Assembly (NCBI RefSeq): GCF_006345805.1
Contig: NC_043006.1
Span: forward strand, 14,322,001 to 14,386,000
Length of the DNA stretch: 64,000 bases
Direction: 5' to 3'
Source: Octopus sinensis
Taxonomy: Eukaryota
Made by a program: the position numbers and the translations under genes. Below, one piece after another: positions 25,279 through 38,685 of this stretch; the first letter of the stretch is position 1, and each line of letters begins with the position of its first letter. The notes beneath the pieces were generated by a model. The model was not told the origin of the DNA and did not search any database. It worked only from the letters and a program-made list of their open reading frames with translations.

Positions 25279-25535
25279 AGGAGGCGTGTAGCTTAGTGGT
25301 TAGGATGTCAGCATCATGATCATAGGATTGTGGTTTTGATTCCTGGACCGGGCGACGCGTTGTGTTCTTGAGCAAAGCACTTCATTTCACGTTGCTCCAG
25401 TCCACTCAGCTAGCAAAAATGAGTAACGCTGCAATGGACTGGCGTCCCATCCAGCTGGGGAACACGTACACCATTGAAACCGGGAAACCGGGCCCATGAG
25501 CCTGGCTAGGCTTTAAAAGGGTGCATTTATTTTAT
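25279..25535 (+). mobile_element. tRNA-derived SINE family E; copy at 21728-21970
   Basis: GGAGGCGTGT(G/A)GCTTAGTGGTTA head and shared GTTCTTGAGCAAAACACTTCATTTC body. Confidence 0.8.
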
Positions 25536-27777
25536 TTTAATATAGCATTGTGTGGTTTTGGTTTTTGAAGATTTCATTATTGAGGTATTGTTAAAAATTC
25601 GATGACTGGCATCCGTGCTAGTGGAGTGCTAAGAGCACCATCCGAGCTTGATCAATGCCAGAGCAGCAAATTGGCTTCCGTGCTGGTGGCACGTAAAAAG
25701 CACCATTCGAGCGTGATTGTTACCTGCATCGCCTTACTAGTACTTGTGCCGGTGGCACGTGAAAAAACATTCAAGCAAGGTCTTTGCCAGTGCTGCTAGA
25801 CTGGCTCCTGTGCTGGTGGCACGTAAAAAACACCATTTGAGCATGGCCATTGCCAGTACCACCTGACGGCCCTCGTGCTGGTGGCACATAAAAGCACCCA
25901 CTACACTCTCGGAGTGGTTGGCGTTAGGAAGGGCATCCAACTGTAGAAACAGATCAGATTAGAGCCTGGTGCAGCCATCTGGTTCGCCAGTCCTCCGTGA
26001 AATTGTTCAACCCATGCTAGCATGGAAAGCGGACTTTAAACGGTGGTGATGATAATAAAATTTTTGAAGGATGTTAATTAGTATATTTGTAGTTTGTCTA
26101 TCTTGTAATCTACAGGTACATCTATTTATACAGAAGTCAAAAGGTCTTGGGTCCCTTATTGAATAAGAGCAAGCTACTGACACATAGAATGGAATTGATA
26201 ACAAATGGTGATGATGATGATGATGGCAATAACAACGGTAACAACAATGACAACAACAAGGCGTGGATGTATGGTAAGAAGCGTGTTTCCCTGACCTGTG
26301 AAGGACCCTGACTGGCCTTCGCAGGTGGCTGCAAAGGTCGTGGGGGAAAACGACCTGTTCAGAATAATGGATTCCTTCCACGAGGATACCTTCAGATTCA
26401 TGCTAAATTGGGCCGACTTGGTGCCATCCAGGTGTTTAATTGAGGTGAGAAGTCTGGTTGGGCAGGAAGATTTGTAACTAATTAAAGTAAAAGGCTTGGT
26501 GCCTCATTTGTATTGTTTCATTGATTTTATAATTGACTCGTGTAGGAGGTTTCTTGCCTCACAATGGCTTTTTTTGTTGTAAATGCAAGAGGTTTATTGC
26601 CTCCTTGATGTTTTACTTTGAACTATATAAGAGGTTTCATCATCATCATCATCATCATCATCATAGTTTAACGTCCGTTCTCCATGCTAGCATGGGTTGA
26701 ACGGTTCGACCGGGGATCTGGGAAGCCAGAAGGCTGCACCAGGCTCCAGTCTTATCTGGCAATGTTTCTACAGCTGGATGCCCTTCCTAACGCCAACCAC
26801 TCCGTGAGTGTAGTGGGTGCTTTTTACGTGCCACCTGCGCAGGTGCCAGGCGAGGCTGGCAACGGCCACGGTCGGATTGGTGTATTTTACGTGCCACCGG
26901 CACGGAGGCCAGTCGAGGCGGCGCTGGCATCGGCCACGAGTCGGATAGTGCTTTTTACGTACCACCAGACGAGGGATCCTGGCTGGTTCAATTCAATTTC
27001 GATTTCGCTTGCCCCAACATGTCTTCACAAGCAAAGGGGGTTGGCATGGGTGCCTGTTATCGGATGAGGTTCTATATCGACTTCGCTTGCCTCAACCGGT
27101 CTTTGTGTCCAAGAGTGGAAAGGCATGTATGTTGCCTCAAATACGGTACTTATAAAGAACAATGTGCTCGGGTAAACAGCAATCGGCGGATGTTGCTGTT
27201 GCCCTCATTATTATTATATCGTTTATCATTTCATTTCATTATGTCCTTGTCCAGCCCGCAGGTTCTTTTCTTTGTAAGGCTTTTATGGCCAATTTAATGA
27301 ATAAAAGAAGCGTGTTTCCCAACCACATGGTCTCAGGTTCAGTCCCATTGCGTAACACCTTAGGCTAATGTCTTCTCCTATAGCCTGGACTGACCAAAGC
27401 CTTGTGAGTGGATTTGGTTGACAGAAACTGAAAGAAGCCCATCACACACACACACACACACATATATAATGAGCTTTGATATTATTACTGGCAGTGCTCC
27501 AGTATGGCCATAGGCTTTAGGCTGAAACACATAAAAAATAAAAGAATAACAAGAAAAAAGTTCATAGTAGTTGTGTCTTTTTTTCCCCTTTCTGCTGCTT
27601 TTGTTGCGATGTTGTTTAACCTCACATTAGCCCTGATCGAAGAGACCCACGATGGAAGAGATTCCAACTGTGTTTATCCCAGGACCACATTATACAATGC
27701 CTTCTTTTTCTAATACGGTAGGACATGATTTCAAGGAGATGCAGCTGCAATTTCTAGCATATCAAACGACCACGTAC

Positions 27778-28501
27778 CGTAGAGGCTCCGTCCTTAGCTC
27801 GCCTCATCTGATCTTGATGGCGAAGAAAAGAGGACAGGTGGGAAGAGTAAAAAAGCTTACTCGCGATAGCACGGAATATTGTTTCTGATTTAAGTATAAA
27901 GCCAGTAATCTTTGAGAGCAATAATTATGGCGATCTTTCGTCTCTAGTAGACCTTTCCGTCGATTTCCGTAAAAAACTTTTGAAGTAATGAGAGCGAAAG
28001 AGACTAAGAGAAAGCGATTGTATGACGAGGGAAGTTCTTTTGAAGTTACCGTGCGTGAAGCATTGATGTACATGTGTGTGTGTGTGTGTTTGATGGGGTG
28101 TGGGAGACAGAAAGTATGTTGTGTAAGTGAAGTGCTTCTGTTAGTGTGTGTGAAGAGACAGAGATGTAAAAAAAAAATTTTTTTTACGGAAATCGACGGA
28201 AAGGTCTACTAGAGACGAAAGATTGCCATAATTATTATTATCATAACTTTATCGGCCCCGAAAGCATGAAAAGCAAATTTTACTTCGGCCGGATTTGAAC
28301 TCGGAACGTAAAGAACAGGAAGCGGTACTGCGAAGTATTATCCCGTTGATCTAACGACTCTGCCAACTCGTCCCACTTTCGCTGTAGATAATAACATTGC
28401 ATACACAACAGCAGTCAGTCAGATCTGCGACTCGAGTGTGCTTCATTTGTGTCCGTGTCGTGTACCAAAACCCCGACAGAACATACCCCACCAAGGAAAG
28501 C
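27778..28501. promoter_or_regulatory. Putative POP1/RIDA bidirectional promoter with candidate POP1 first-exon donors (minus strand, introns starting at 27860 GTAAGC and 27777 GTACGT)
   Basis: CpG-enriched relative to flanks, directly upstream of the RIDA ATG (28502). Two minus-strand donor consensuses. The POP1 ATG exon begins with an acceptor, so an upstream exon is required. Confidence 0.55.
27929..28227. mobile_element. MITE-like element with 48-bp TIRs (GG termini) and possible 8-bp TSD ATAATTAT, Merlin-like
   Basis: Inverted arms 27921-27976 and 28180-28235 with 1 mismatch. The superfamily assignment is inference. Confidence 0.55.
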
Positions 28502-28566
28502 ATGGCTGGTATCTGCAAACGTATTATTAACACAGTTAATGCCCCCAAAGCAATCGGTGCTTACAG
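28502..28566 (+). CDS. RIDA: RIDA exon 1 (MAGICKRIINTVNAPKAIGAY-S)
   Basis: 65 bp, AG|gtaaaa donor, phase 2. Matches the RidA N-terminal motif APxAIGPYSQA. Confidence 0.93.
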
Positions 28567-30288
28567 GTAAAAAAACCAACTTCATTTCTTTGGTTAATCA
28601 TTTGTGAATAGTTAGAGAAACGTGTAGAACGAAAGAAAGTCTAGGCTAAAAACACCCATGTGTAAGTGTTAAATGGCTAGCTGGGTACGTGTCGGTGTCT
28701 GCATACTGACAGCCCCTATCGAGTAGACCTATAATTATAGGCCCTACAACAATTACAACCTGCCTTAGTCAAAAAACTGATATCTAGGGCTGCGTAGTAA
28801 AGTTGCCAAATTTGAACGTAACCAACGACCTGCAGTGCAAAACAGAAGGGACCACATAGAAAAACAAACCCTGCTGGAATCCCTTAATGTCTTCAAGAAT
28901 TCGAAATTACAGGATTTTATTGTTTATAAAAAGTATTTTAAAACAGTAATTGGCGATCTTTGCACGGTAATTAAGTTAGCTTAGCCATAGGTTTCCTCAT
29001 TGACTTTACTATGTGTAGAATCTGTTTTTATTGTTTATAAAATATGCCAAAGAACAACAATTGACTTAGTTTAATTTATGTAAATAGTCAATGAAGTTAA
29101 AAAATGATGATTTATTTGTAAATTGGATGAAGAATGCCGCACGCCCTTACCGTTTATCCCTTTCCGTTTTCTATCCGCGGTCCCGACAACTTTACAATAT
29201 GCGCTTACGGGTACATGGGTATATATATTGTGGTGCACCTGAGCACTGTATACAACAATATTATTATTATTATTATTATTATATGTTGGGCGGAGGTAAA
29301 GAATACGCACACCACCCATCTTCGGTGTAACCCTAAATACTGGGTGTGCGTGTTTGTTACCTTCGCCCCAAAATGTAGTAAACTATCAATAAATGTTAAA
29401 ATTACGCTTTATTGTCCTTGAAACAAAAGGAAATGGACCTTAACACATTACCCGTCTTTTAAATTTTAATAATTACACCTTATTTATAATGTCTATGAAA
29501 GAAAAGGAGTAACTTTCTTTTTATTTTATTTCAATTAAGAAAGTTTGGTAAAATTACAGTTACTCTGTAATTTTACCGACGAAAGTTTTAAAAGTTTTCA
29601 GTCGAGTACCCCTCTCGACTTTGCTCCTTCATAGGTTTCTTAAAAATGAATTCTTTTTAATGAAATTTGCAGGAAATTGAATTCGATGATATAGATTATG
29701 ATTTATGTTAATGAAATTTAAAAAAAGAGAATGGAAGAGTTTCTGATCGCTCTTCCTCTTTCGGCTTGTATTCATTACTGCCAATTTCCGCCAACTTTTT
29801 TGCATTTTTTATTTATTAGGATTATGTTTGAAACCCCAACAGTTCGTAATGTAAAAACTCGAAGACGTATTTCTGCAATATTTAATTCAAAACTAAAAAT
29901 CTCTCAGAAAAGCACAAGGAAACAAAAGTCGGATGGAAAGGGGGCACCAAACTGTAGTTATGATAGAAATTCTAGGTTAAAAGGGTACAGACAGGGTAAA
30001 AGGTGAAATGGTATTTTAGAGTAAAAAAAAAAAGGATTTATTTTAAAACTCATTATTATATTTCGATACTCAATTAGAAGTTACAATATTATATATATAT
30101 ATATATATATAAACTGCTAAACCTGTCCACGTATGTATGTTGTGTGTGTTTGCTTCGGAATAAAGCGTTAGACATGTACAAAGCGTGGTAGGAAATTAAA
30201 TAGATGATAACTGAGCTTCAATTTAGAACAGGATTCTCACACATTTTATTCTAGTGGACCACCATAGCCATTTATTGTTTAGAAACCA

Positions 30289-30705
30289 GGATCTTTTCGG
30301 TTTGAACGGCAGTTTTTTAAAATAATTTCCACGTAACTAAATACTTTTAAACTTCGTATACTGGTAGAATGTGTTTATAAAACATCTTTTTCTCTTGGCT
30401 TTATTGAAAAAATTCTGTAGTTTGTAAGATATTTGTTGTTGTTTTTTCTTCAGTTTCTGCAATTTCAACCAATCAATGACGTCTGTTGGGGTGAAAACCT
30501 TCTGTGTCGTATGAATATGTCCTTCGTTTAAGAAACAGACTGGGTTTATTTACATTTGTGAAGAAAAAAAGATACCCTCCCCCCACCCCTAACCCTAACC
30601 CTAAAACAGATTGAAATGCAATAGATCGATACTAGGGTCATAATTATGGGTGACAATTTCATATGACATCGCTAGAAAAAACTGCCGTTCAAACCGAAAA
30701 GATCC
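30289..30705. mobile_element. MITE with 29-bp TIRs and internal CCCTAA repeats; related reversed copy at about 53560-54107
   Basis: GGATCTTTTCGGTTTGAACGGCAGTTTTT ... AAAAACTGCCGTTCAAACCGAAAAGATCC. Confidence 0.8.
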
Positions 30706-31079
30706 CTCACCCATCTTATTCTAGTGGACCACCGTAGCCATTTATTGTTTTAAAACTGTTGTGTCTGGGGAGAGTCATTATCATTTAACACACCGGTTCG
30801 ATTTCCACACATTTACTTTTTTTTTTTTTTTCTAAAATTTTCGTTGCAACCCTTTCAATTGAAAAGTTTGCAAGAAGCAAAGAAAATCTTAGAAAAATAT
30901 AAATAAGGCGCAGGAGTGGCTGTGTGGTAAGTAGCTTGCTTACCAACCACATGGTTCCGGGTTCAGTACCACTGCGTGGCACCTTGGGCAAGTGTCTTCT
31001 ACTATAGCCTCAAGCTGACCAAAGCCTTGTGAGTGGATTTGGTAGACGGAAACTGAAAGAAGCCCGTCGTATATATATG

Positions 31080-31120
<41 letters not shown>

Positions 31121-32211
31121 ATGTTTGTGTGTCTGTGTTTGTCCCCCTAGCATTGCTTGACAACCGATGCTGGTGTGTTTATGTCCCCGTTACTTAGCGG
31201 TTCGGCAAAAAAGGCCGATTGAATAAGTACTGGGCTCAGAAAGAATAAGTCCCGGGGTCGATTTGCTCGACTAAAAGCGGTGCTCCAGCATGGCCGCAGT
31301 CAAATGACTGAAACAAGTAAAAGAGTAAGTAAATGAGTGGAACTCGAACTGGTGAGTGTGTTAAATACCGTAAATCCTCGAGTATAGTCCGCCCTTGAGT
31401 ATAATACGCAGATATTATTTTCCATCTTACTGTTAGTTTTTTTTCATTTTAAAGATTAAAAATTTATTTTATCATTTATCATTGTTTATATTTTAAATTA
31501 CATAAATATGGGGTTACCATGGTCATTTAAGTGCTTAGGGCCTCCTTAGGTCTCAATCCGGCTCTGTTTCACCCATTACACTGTGGCCATGCTGGGGCAC
31601 CACCTCGAAGAATTTTAGTCTAACTTATCGACTCCAGTACTTATTATTTTTTTGTAAAGCCTGGTACTTACTCTATCAGTCTCTTTTGCTAAACCACTAA
31701 GTTACAGGGACATAAACACACTAACACTGGTTGTCAAGCGGTGGTGGAGAACAAACACCTACACAAATACTCACACACACATAGACATATGATGGGCTTC
31801 TTTCAGTTTCCGTCCACCAAATCCACTCACAAGGCAACCCAAAGTGATAGTAGAAGAGACTCACCCAAGCTACCACGCAGTGGGACTGAATCCAGAACCT
31901 TGTAGTTGGGAAATAAACATCTTACCACACAGCCGCAGTGGTTAGCAAATCTAGTTGCTGCAAATAAGCCCGCGGGCTGGCTAAAAATTTATCTTAGTGA
32001 TAGAAGCAGCATTAGTTCAAAATAGCATTCTATATATCCACATTAAGTAAAATATGCCTGTGTGGTAAGTAGCTTGCTTACCAACCACATGGTTCCGGGT
32101 TCAGTACCACTGCGTGGCACCTTGGGCAAGTGTCTTCTACTATAGCCTCAAGCTGACCAAAGCCTTGTGAGTGGATTTGGTAGACGGAAACTGAAAGAAG
32201 CCCGTCGTATA

Positions 32212-32258
<47 letters not shown>

Positions 32259-35200
32259 ATGTTTGTGTGTCTGTGTTTGTCCCCCTAGCATTGCTAGCCT
32301 GTCATATATATGTATATATATATGTGTGTTTGTGTGTTTGCCCCCCCCCCCATCATTGCTTGACAACCGATGCTGGTGTGTTTGCGTCCCCATAGCTTAG
32401 CAGTTTAGCAAAAGAGACTGATAGAATAAGTACTAGGCTTACAAAGAATAAGTCCTGGGTCGATTTGCTCAACTAAAGGCAGTGCTGCAGCATGGCCACA
32501 GTCTGAAACAAGTAAAAGAGAGTAGAGAGTAATGCTGTTTTTAACTAATATTTCCTCTGCTGTTAATAACAAAAGAAAAAAAATATTTCCACCAATTGGG
32601 AAATTAAAAAATTCTTTTTCAACAAGGGTCGTATTGCATAGTAAATGTCACAAGGTTGTTTGTTGTCTCTTGCTAGTTGAGCCATTTTGTAGTGTTTTTG
32701 TCATCTGTAGGGGTAAGGTGACATGAAATTATCAGTTCTTACATAAGTAGAAATGTCTATAGCTGTTGTTCTCAACACATTTTCATCTTCGTTTGAACAA
32801 AGCGGGCGCTGAATTTTTCTGGAACAATGGAACAAATGGCGAGCTGGCAGCTGGAGTCTTAGAGTAGCTGTCCACCGAAGTTCCATATAATATGGGAATG
32901 GAAAATGAAAAGGAGGAAAATACAATGTTATTAAAACAAAGACACATTCACAAGTAGACAAACAAATGGTTTGATTAGGGTATAATCAATTTGGCGAAGA
33001 AACTAAAGAGAAAATATTACGACGATGACCACCACAGATCTACAATGGAAGAATTATTATTTTACCTATGGCCCCCTATGAATCCTGTTTCACTCTGGTG
33101 GACTCCAATAGCCATTAATTTTTTTTTTAATCATTATATTTTCATCATTAAATATTGTTAGGTATTACTCTTTTACTCTTTTACTTGTTTCAGTCATTTG
33201 ACTGCGGCCATGCTGGAGCACCGCCTTTAGTCGAGCAAATCAACCCCGGGACTTATTCTTTGTAAGCCCAGTACTTATTCTATCGGTCTCTTTTGCCTAA
33301 CCGCTAAGTGACGGGGACGTAAACACACCAGCATCGGTTGTCAAGCAATGCTAGAGGGACAAACACAGACACACAAACATATACATACACATATATATAT
33401 ATATATACAACGGGCTTCTTTCAGTTTCCATCTACCAAATCCACTCACAAGGCATTGGTCGGCCCGGGGCTATAGCAAAAGGCACTTGCCCATTTATTGT
33501 ATAAATTTTTTTAATATTTTGTATATTGTAGAAGTATAACCTATTTATTGCAAATTAATTTTAACAACAGAATCCTACGTGAACTCCAAGGGCCATATGA
33601 ACCCCTTTTTGGATCATTCTTCTTCCTTACAATATATATTTATTTCACCTTCCTCCCCACCCACCCTGCATCTAATTCAGATATGACCCTGAAATCAGGA
33701 TTTAGAAGAACAAAACTAAATACTTTGGGGACAAAATCCATAGTTTCGTTTGCCTTACCAAAATTCTCAGAAGAGCAAAAGTTAAAATGTTTGATTCTTT
33801 ACTTTTTATGGCAGCTAAATTTATCTAAGTCTCCTAAATGTTAAGACATTCAATCTTCAGACATATTATTAAAAAAAAAAGTAAATAAACCTTCCATGGA
33901 TGAACAGAAAAAAATGAAGTCATTCAAATAAACTTGTTAGTATTTCCATTTCCCAAGGTGGCGTCCTGGCAGAATTTTTTTGTGCACCAGGTAAAATGCT
34001 TAGTGATATTTTATTTGTCTTTATGTTCTGAGTTCAAACTCAGCTGAGGTTGACTTTACCTTTTGTCCTTTCAGGGTTGGTAAAATAATTACCAGCTAAG
34101 CATTGGGACCAATGTAATCGACTGCCACACCCCTGAAATTGCTGGCATCACCTTACTGGCACTTGTGCCCGTGCTAGTAGGGTGCCAAGAGCATCATCCG
34201 AGTGTGATCGTTGCCAGAGCAGCCAACTGGCTTCTGTGCTTGTGGCACGTAAAAGGGCACCTGTACTGGTGGCATGTGTAAAAAGATCAGAGCGAGGTCG
34301 TTGCCAGTACCGCCTGACTGGCCCCCGTGCCGGTGGCATGTAAAAAGCACCCACTACACTCTCGGAGTGGTTGACGTTAGGAAGGGCATCCAGCTGTAGA
34401 AACTCTGCCAAATCAAGATTGGAGCTTGGTGCAGCCATCTGGTTCACCAACCCTCAGTCAAAATCGTCCAACCCATGCTAGCATGGAAAGTGGACATTAA
34501 ACGATGATGATGATGATGTGCCAAAATTTGAAGCCAATATTTTTATTTCCTTCCCTCTTCTGGGTACATGGCCTATCACTTAAATATCAGTGAAGTTCAA
34601 CTCCTCAGATGTAATCTTTAGCTATGGGTTATGATTAATATTTGGGTTAGGAAATGATTGTGCCCGCATGGCAGTTTTGTGGCAGTGTTTCCTTGAGATA
34701 CACCATGTGTATCTCAGATTTTAGATGAGATACACTATATCCTTGTGTGTCACAAAGAGGCAGGTGAAAGGGCTGTTGTCAGAAAGGACAGGTAGCCATA
34801 AAATACAGTTTCAAAAAGTCCCCTCCAACCCATGGCAACATGGAAAAGCAGGCATAGAAATTATCTGCATTAAAGTCAGAAACTTTATGCAAAACCCATC
34901 TCTTATTTCATTATTGTGATAATTACAAATTAGTTGTACCTGCTTTATCTCTTTTAGTTAAACTGATTTTAAAAATTGGGTTCTAACCAGCTTCTTTATC
35001 AGTTCCAGCTCTTATTTTTCTTTAGCTTATCTCTGCTGTCAACTGCAAACCTATGACCTTGATCTAGCAACGAAACCTGTATGTAGTTGCTTGACCTGTA
35101 AGAAATTACGGCCAAATCTTTATCAAGTACTATTCTCTTGTCTTCAAAAACGGTTAAATATTTAAGGTAAACTAAAACTGGATATAATAGACTTGAAAAG

Positions 35201-37104
35201 GATATAATATACTTGAAAAAGCACCATTCGAATGTGGCCGATGCCAGCGTTGCCTTGACTAGCTTCTGTGCTGGTGGCATGTAAAAAGCACTAACTGATC
35301 GTGGCTGCTGCCAGCCTCCCCAGGTACTTGTGCCGGTGGCACGTAAAAAGCACCCACTACACTCACGGAGTGGTTGGCATTAGGAAGGGCATCCAGCTGT
35401 AGAAACACTACCAGATCAGACTGGAGCCTGGTGCAGCCTCCTGGCTTCCCAGACCCCGGTTGAACCGTTCAACCCACGCTAGCATGGAAAATGGACATTA
35501 AACGATGATGATGATAAGCTGATCACAGCTACAATGTAGGTTGAACAATTATTTCTTGACAGATAGAAATATTTCTCTTAGCCTGAGTGAATGCTGTCAG
35601 AGAATGACAGGAGCCACAACTCTGCTCAAAGTGGGCTCTAATATCCCTAAAAAAGCATGTGTCTTACAAAGTTTTCAAATCAACATCTAGAAAAATAACA
35701 TTAATAACAACAACAACAAAACTGAAAATATTTTTGTTTTCCTTAGAAATGTTATAGATCCACATAGCATACATCTAAAAATGTTTCACATGCAAAAATT
35801 AAGTTTATAAATCACAAAATTTTTCATTACAATAAATACTAACAGCATAAAAATCACTTTTATAGAACTAAAAGATACTAACATCTCTCATAATATTCTC
35901 AGTAATAATTCAGGAAACATTCTTATTGGAAGGGCAACCAACCATAGAAACCCTTCCACAACAGACAATTAGAACCTGGGAAGCTCTCCAGATGACCAGG
36001 TCCTGTCAAACCTATTTCTTTACTACCCACAAGGGACTAAACACAGAGAGGACAAACAAGGACAGACAAACGGATTAATTCGATTATATCAACCACAGTG
36101 CGTAACTAGTACTTATTTAATCGCCCCTGAAAAGATGAAAGGCAAAGTCAGAACTCAGAATGTAGTGGCAGACGAAACACCGCTAAGCATTTCGTCTGTC
36201 ACGTTAACGTTTCTGCCAGCTCCTGTCAAACCATCCAATCCATGCCAGCATGGAAAACATGTTATATGAAGATGATGTGTGGAATGTTTGGCCACTTACA
36301 CATTAATTCAGGAAAAGATAATTTAGTCCTCATCAGCAAGCAACACAGATCCACCACCACCACCACTACCACCATCACCATCAACTTAATGATTGTTTGT
36401 AATCAATGATCGAACTTGGTGTAACTTGTAGTGATTTGTATTAGTGTGTATTAATTCAGAGAACATCCACACAAACTCTGTGTTTCTCTGTTATTCTTTC
36501 ATAACTCCATACCAGCATCGCCTTACTTACCAGCGTTGCCTTACTAGCACTTGTGCCGGTGGCATGTGAACAAAACATTCGAGCGAGGTCGTTGCCAGTG
36601 CCGCTGGACTGGCTCCTGTGCAGGTGGCACATAAAAAACACCATTTCTAGCGTGGCTGTTGCCAGTACTGCCAGACTGGCCCTCGTGCCGGTGGCACATA
36701 AAAGCACCCACTATACTCTCGGAGTGGTTGGCGTTAGGAAGGGCCTCCAGCTGTAGAAACTCTGCCAGATCAAGATCGGAGCCTGGCACAGCCCTCTGGT
36801 TTGCCAGTCCTCAGTCAAATCGTCCAACCCATGCTAGCATGGAAAGCAGGCGTTAAACGATGATGATGATGATGATGACTCAAGAGTGTGACCTCAACTC
36901 TTAGCTATTATTGTTCCTAGGTCTACACTGACCTGGAGCAGTAGCCCCTATCAGGGTCCCAGTTATGGGTAAAATAGCATGTAACCATCTAAGCCAGGGT
37001 ACATTGAAATCACGGGGTGCAACATGATGCATGCAAACCATTTCAGTAGATGAACTTATTGAGTCAATGGCTAATATCAAGAGATGTTGAATGGATGAAC
37101 TTCT

Positions 37105-37595
37105 TCTTCTTCTTCTTCTTACAGCATCCACCCGGGGTGGGTTGAACTGGCTTCATTCATCCTCAATGCTGCATCTCTCACAAACGCCAACCAGACCTGG
37201 CGATTTGAGGCTAACAACCTCGTGATCTCCAACCACTCCTTATTCCAGCGGCGAACGCCGTAGATATGGGTGCCTAGGTTGGGTTCCAGATCAGCCTTGA
37301 CTGTCATCAGCCAGGTTTTTCGTTGTCCACCACATCGCTTTCGCCAACCCTGAAGAGGAGCTGGGGCAATTGCTTCGTAGATGAATTCTCCTGGTTGACG
37401 ACGGAGGGCATGACCCCAGCCAAACGCAGACATCTCGTTAGGATGACTTGTCGGAGAGGTGATTCTGCACTGGTGTTGCACTGAATTGTTGGAGACAAAG
37501 TGATGCCACCGGACACGAAGGATGCGGCATAGACAGAGGTGATCGAAGGATTCTAGTTGCTTAATATCTTGGATGAACAGACTACAAACTGTCAA
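37105..37595 (-). mobile_element. RTE LINE 3' fragment (second family) with (GAA)n tail
   Basis: FDHxCLxRILRVRW...WRKRCGGQRKTW motifs. Confidence 0.8.
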
Positions 37596-38369
37596 CAGCC
37601 AGAGTCAATCAATTCGGTTAGTGAACTACTGCTATCGGCTGTAGTCATTGTGTGTGCAGGGGAGATATTTTGGCTATCCAAACACCAAGGTGACTAAAAT
37701 AACAGACCAGACAGTCATGCCTCATTACTCAACTGGAACATCTGACATAGAAAGGTTATATTGATCCAAGCAAGTCACCTGATTTAAATGGCTGTGTGGT
37801 CCAGTAGTTCACTTTCCAGCCACACGGTTTTGGATTCAGTCCTACATTGTGAGGCCTTGGACATGTGTCTTCTATAACCCCAGGCAAATCAAAACTCTGC
37901 ATGTCTGGATTTGCTAGACAGAAACTGAAAAAAGCCTGTCATATTTGTATGTGTCTAAGGTGGCAAACTGGCAGAAACGTTAGCACGCCTGGTGTAATGC
38001 TTTGTGGTATTTCGTCAACTTTGCCTTTCATTCTTTCGGGGTTGATAAATTAAGTACCAGTTACGCACTGGGGTCGGTGTAATCGACTTAATCCTTTTGT
38101 CTGTCCTTGTTTGTCCCCTCTACATTTAGCCCCTTGTGGGCAATAAAGAAATAAGAAACGTTAGCACACCAGGTGAAAACTCAGCGGTATTTCGTCTGTC
38201 TTTACATTCTGAGTTCATATTCCACCGAGGTTGACTTTGCCTTTCGTCCTCTCAGGGTCTATAAATTAAGTACCAGTTGCATACTTGAGTCAATCTAATC
38301 GACTGCCCCACCCTCCCCAAAAATTTCATGCCTTGTGCCTAGAGTAGAAAAGAATATTTGTATGTCTCT

Positions 38370-38685
38370 ATCATTTTCTCCTTTTCTTCCTTTTATATAT
38401 AATTTTTTTTCCTTTCCTTCTTATTTCCTTTCTCTTTCTTCTTTTTCTCTTTTTTTTTCCTTTCTTCACTTTCCTTTTCTTTATCTTTTCTTTCTCTTCT
38501 CCCTCCTTCATTATTTCTATCTCTCTTTCCATTATCACTTTCCCCATCTTCCTCTCTTTCCCTTTCTTTCGTTCGTTTTGTATTGTTCTTTCTCTTTGTC
38601 CTCGTTTAATAATTTATTCTCTCTCTCTCCCCTTTCTTTCTCCCTCTCTCTCTCTCCCCTTCTCTTTCTCTCTCTCTTTATGTCT
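38370..38685. repeat. CT-rich low-complexity tract
   Basis: Directly visible; it explains the spurious 185-aa ORF. Confidence 0.9.

Noticed and set aside
30588-30605. Interstitial telomere from a chromosome fusion
   Set aside because: Only three units, internal to a TIR element with a second copy in the window.
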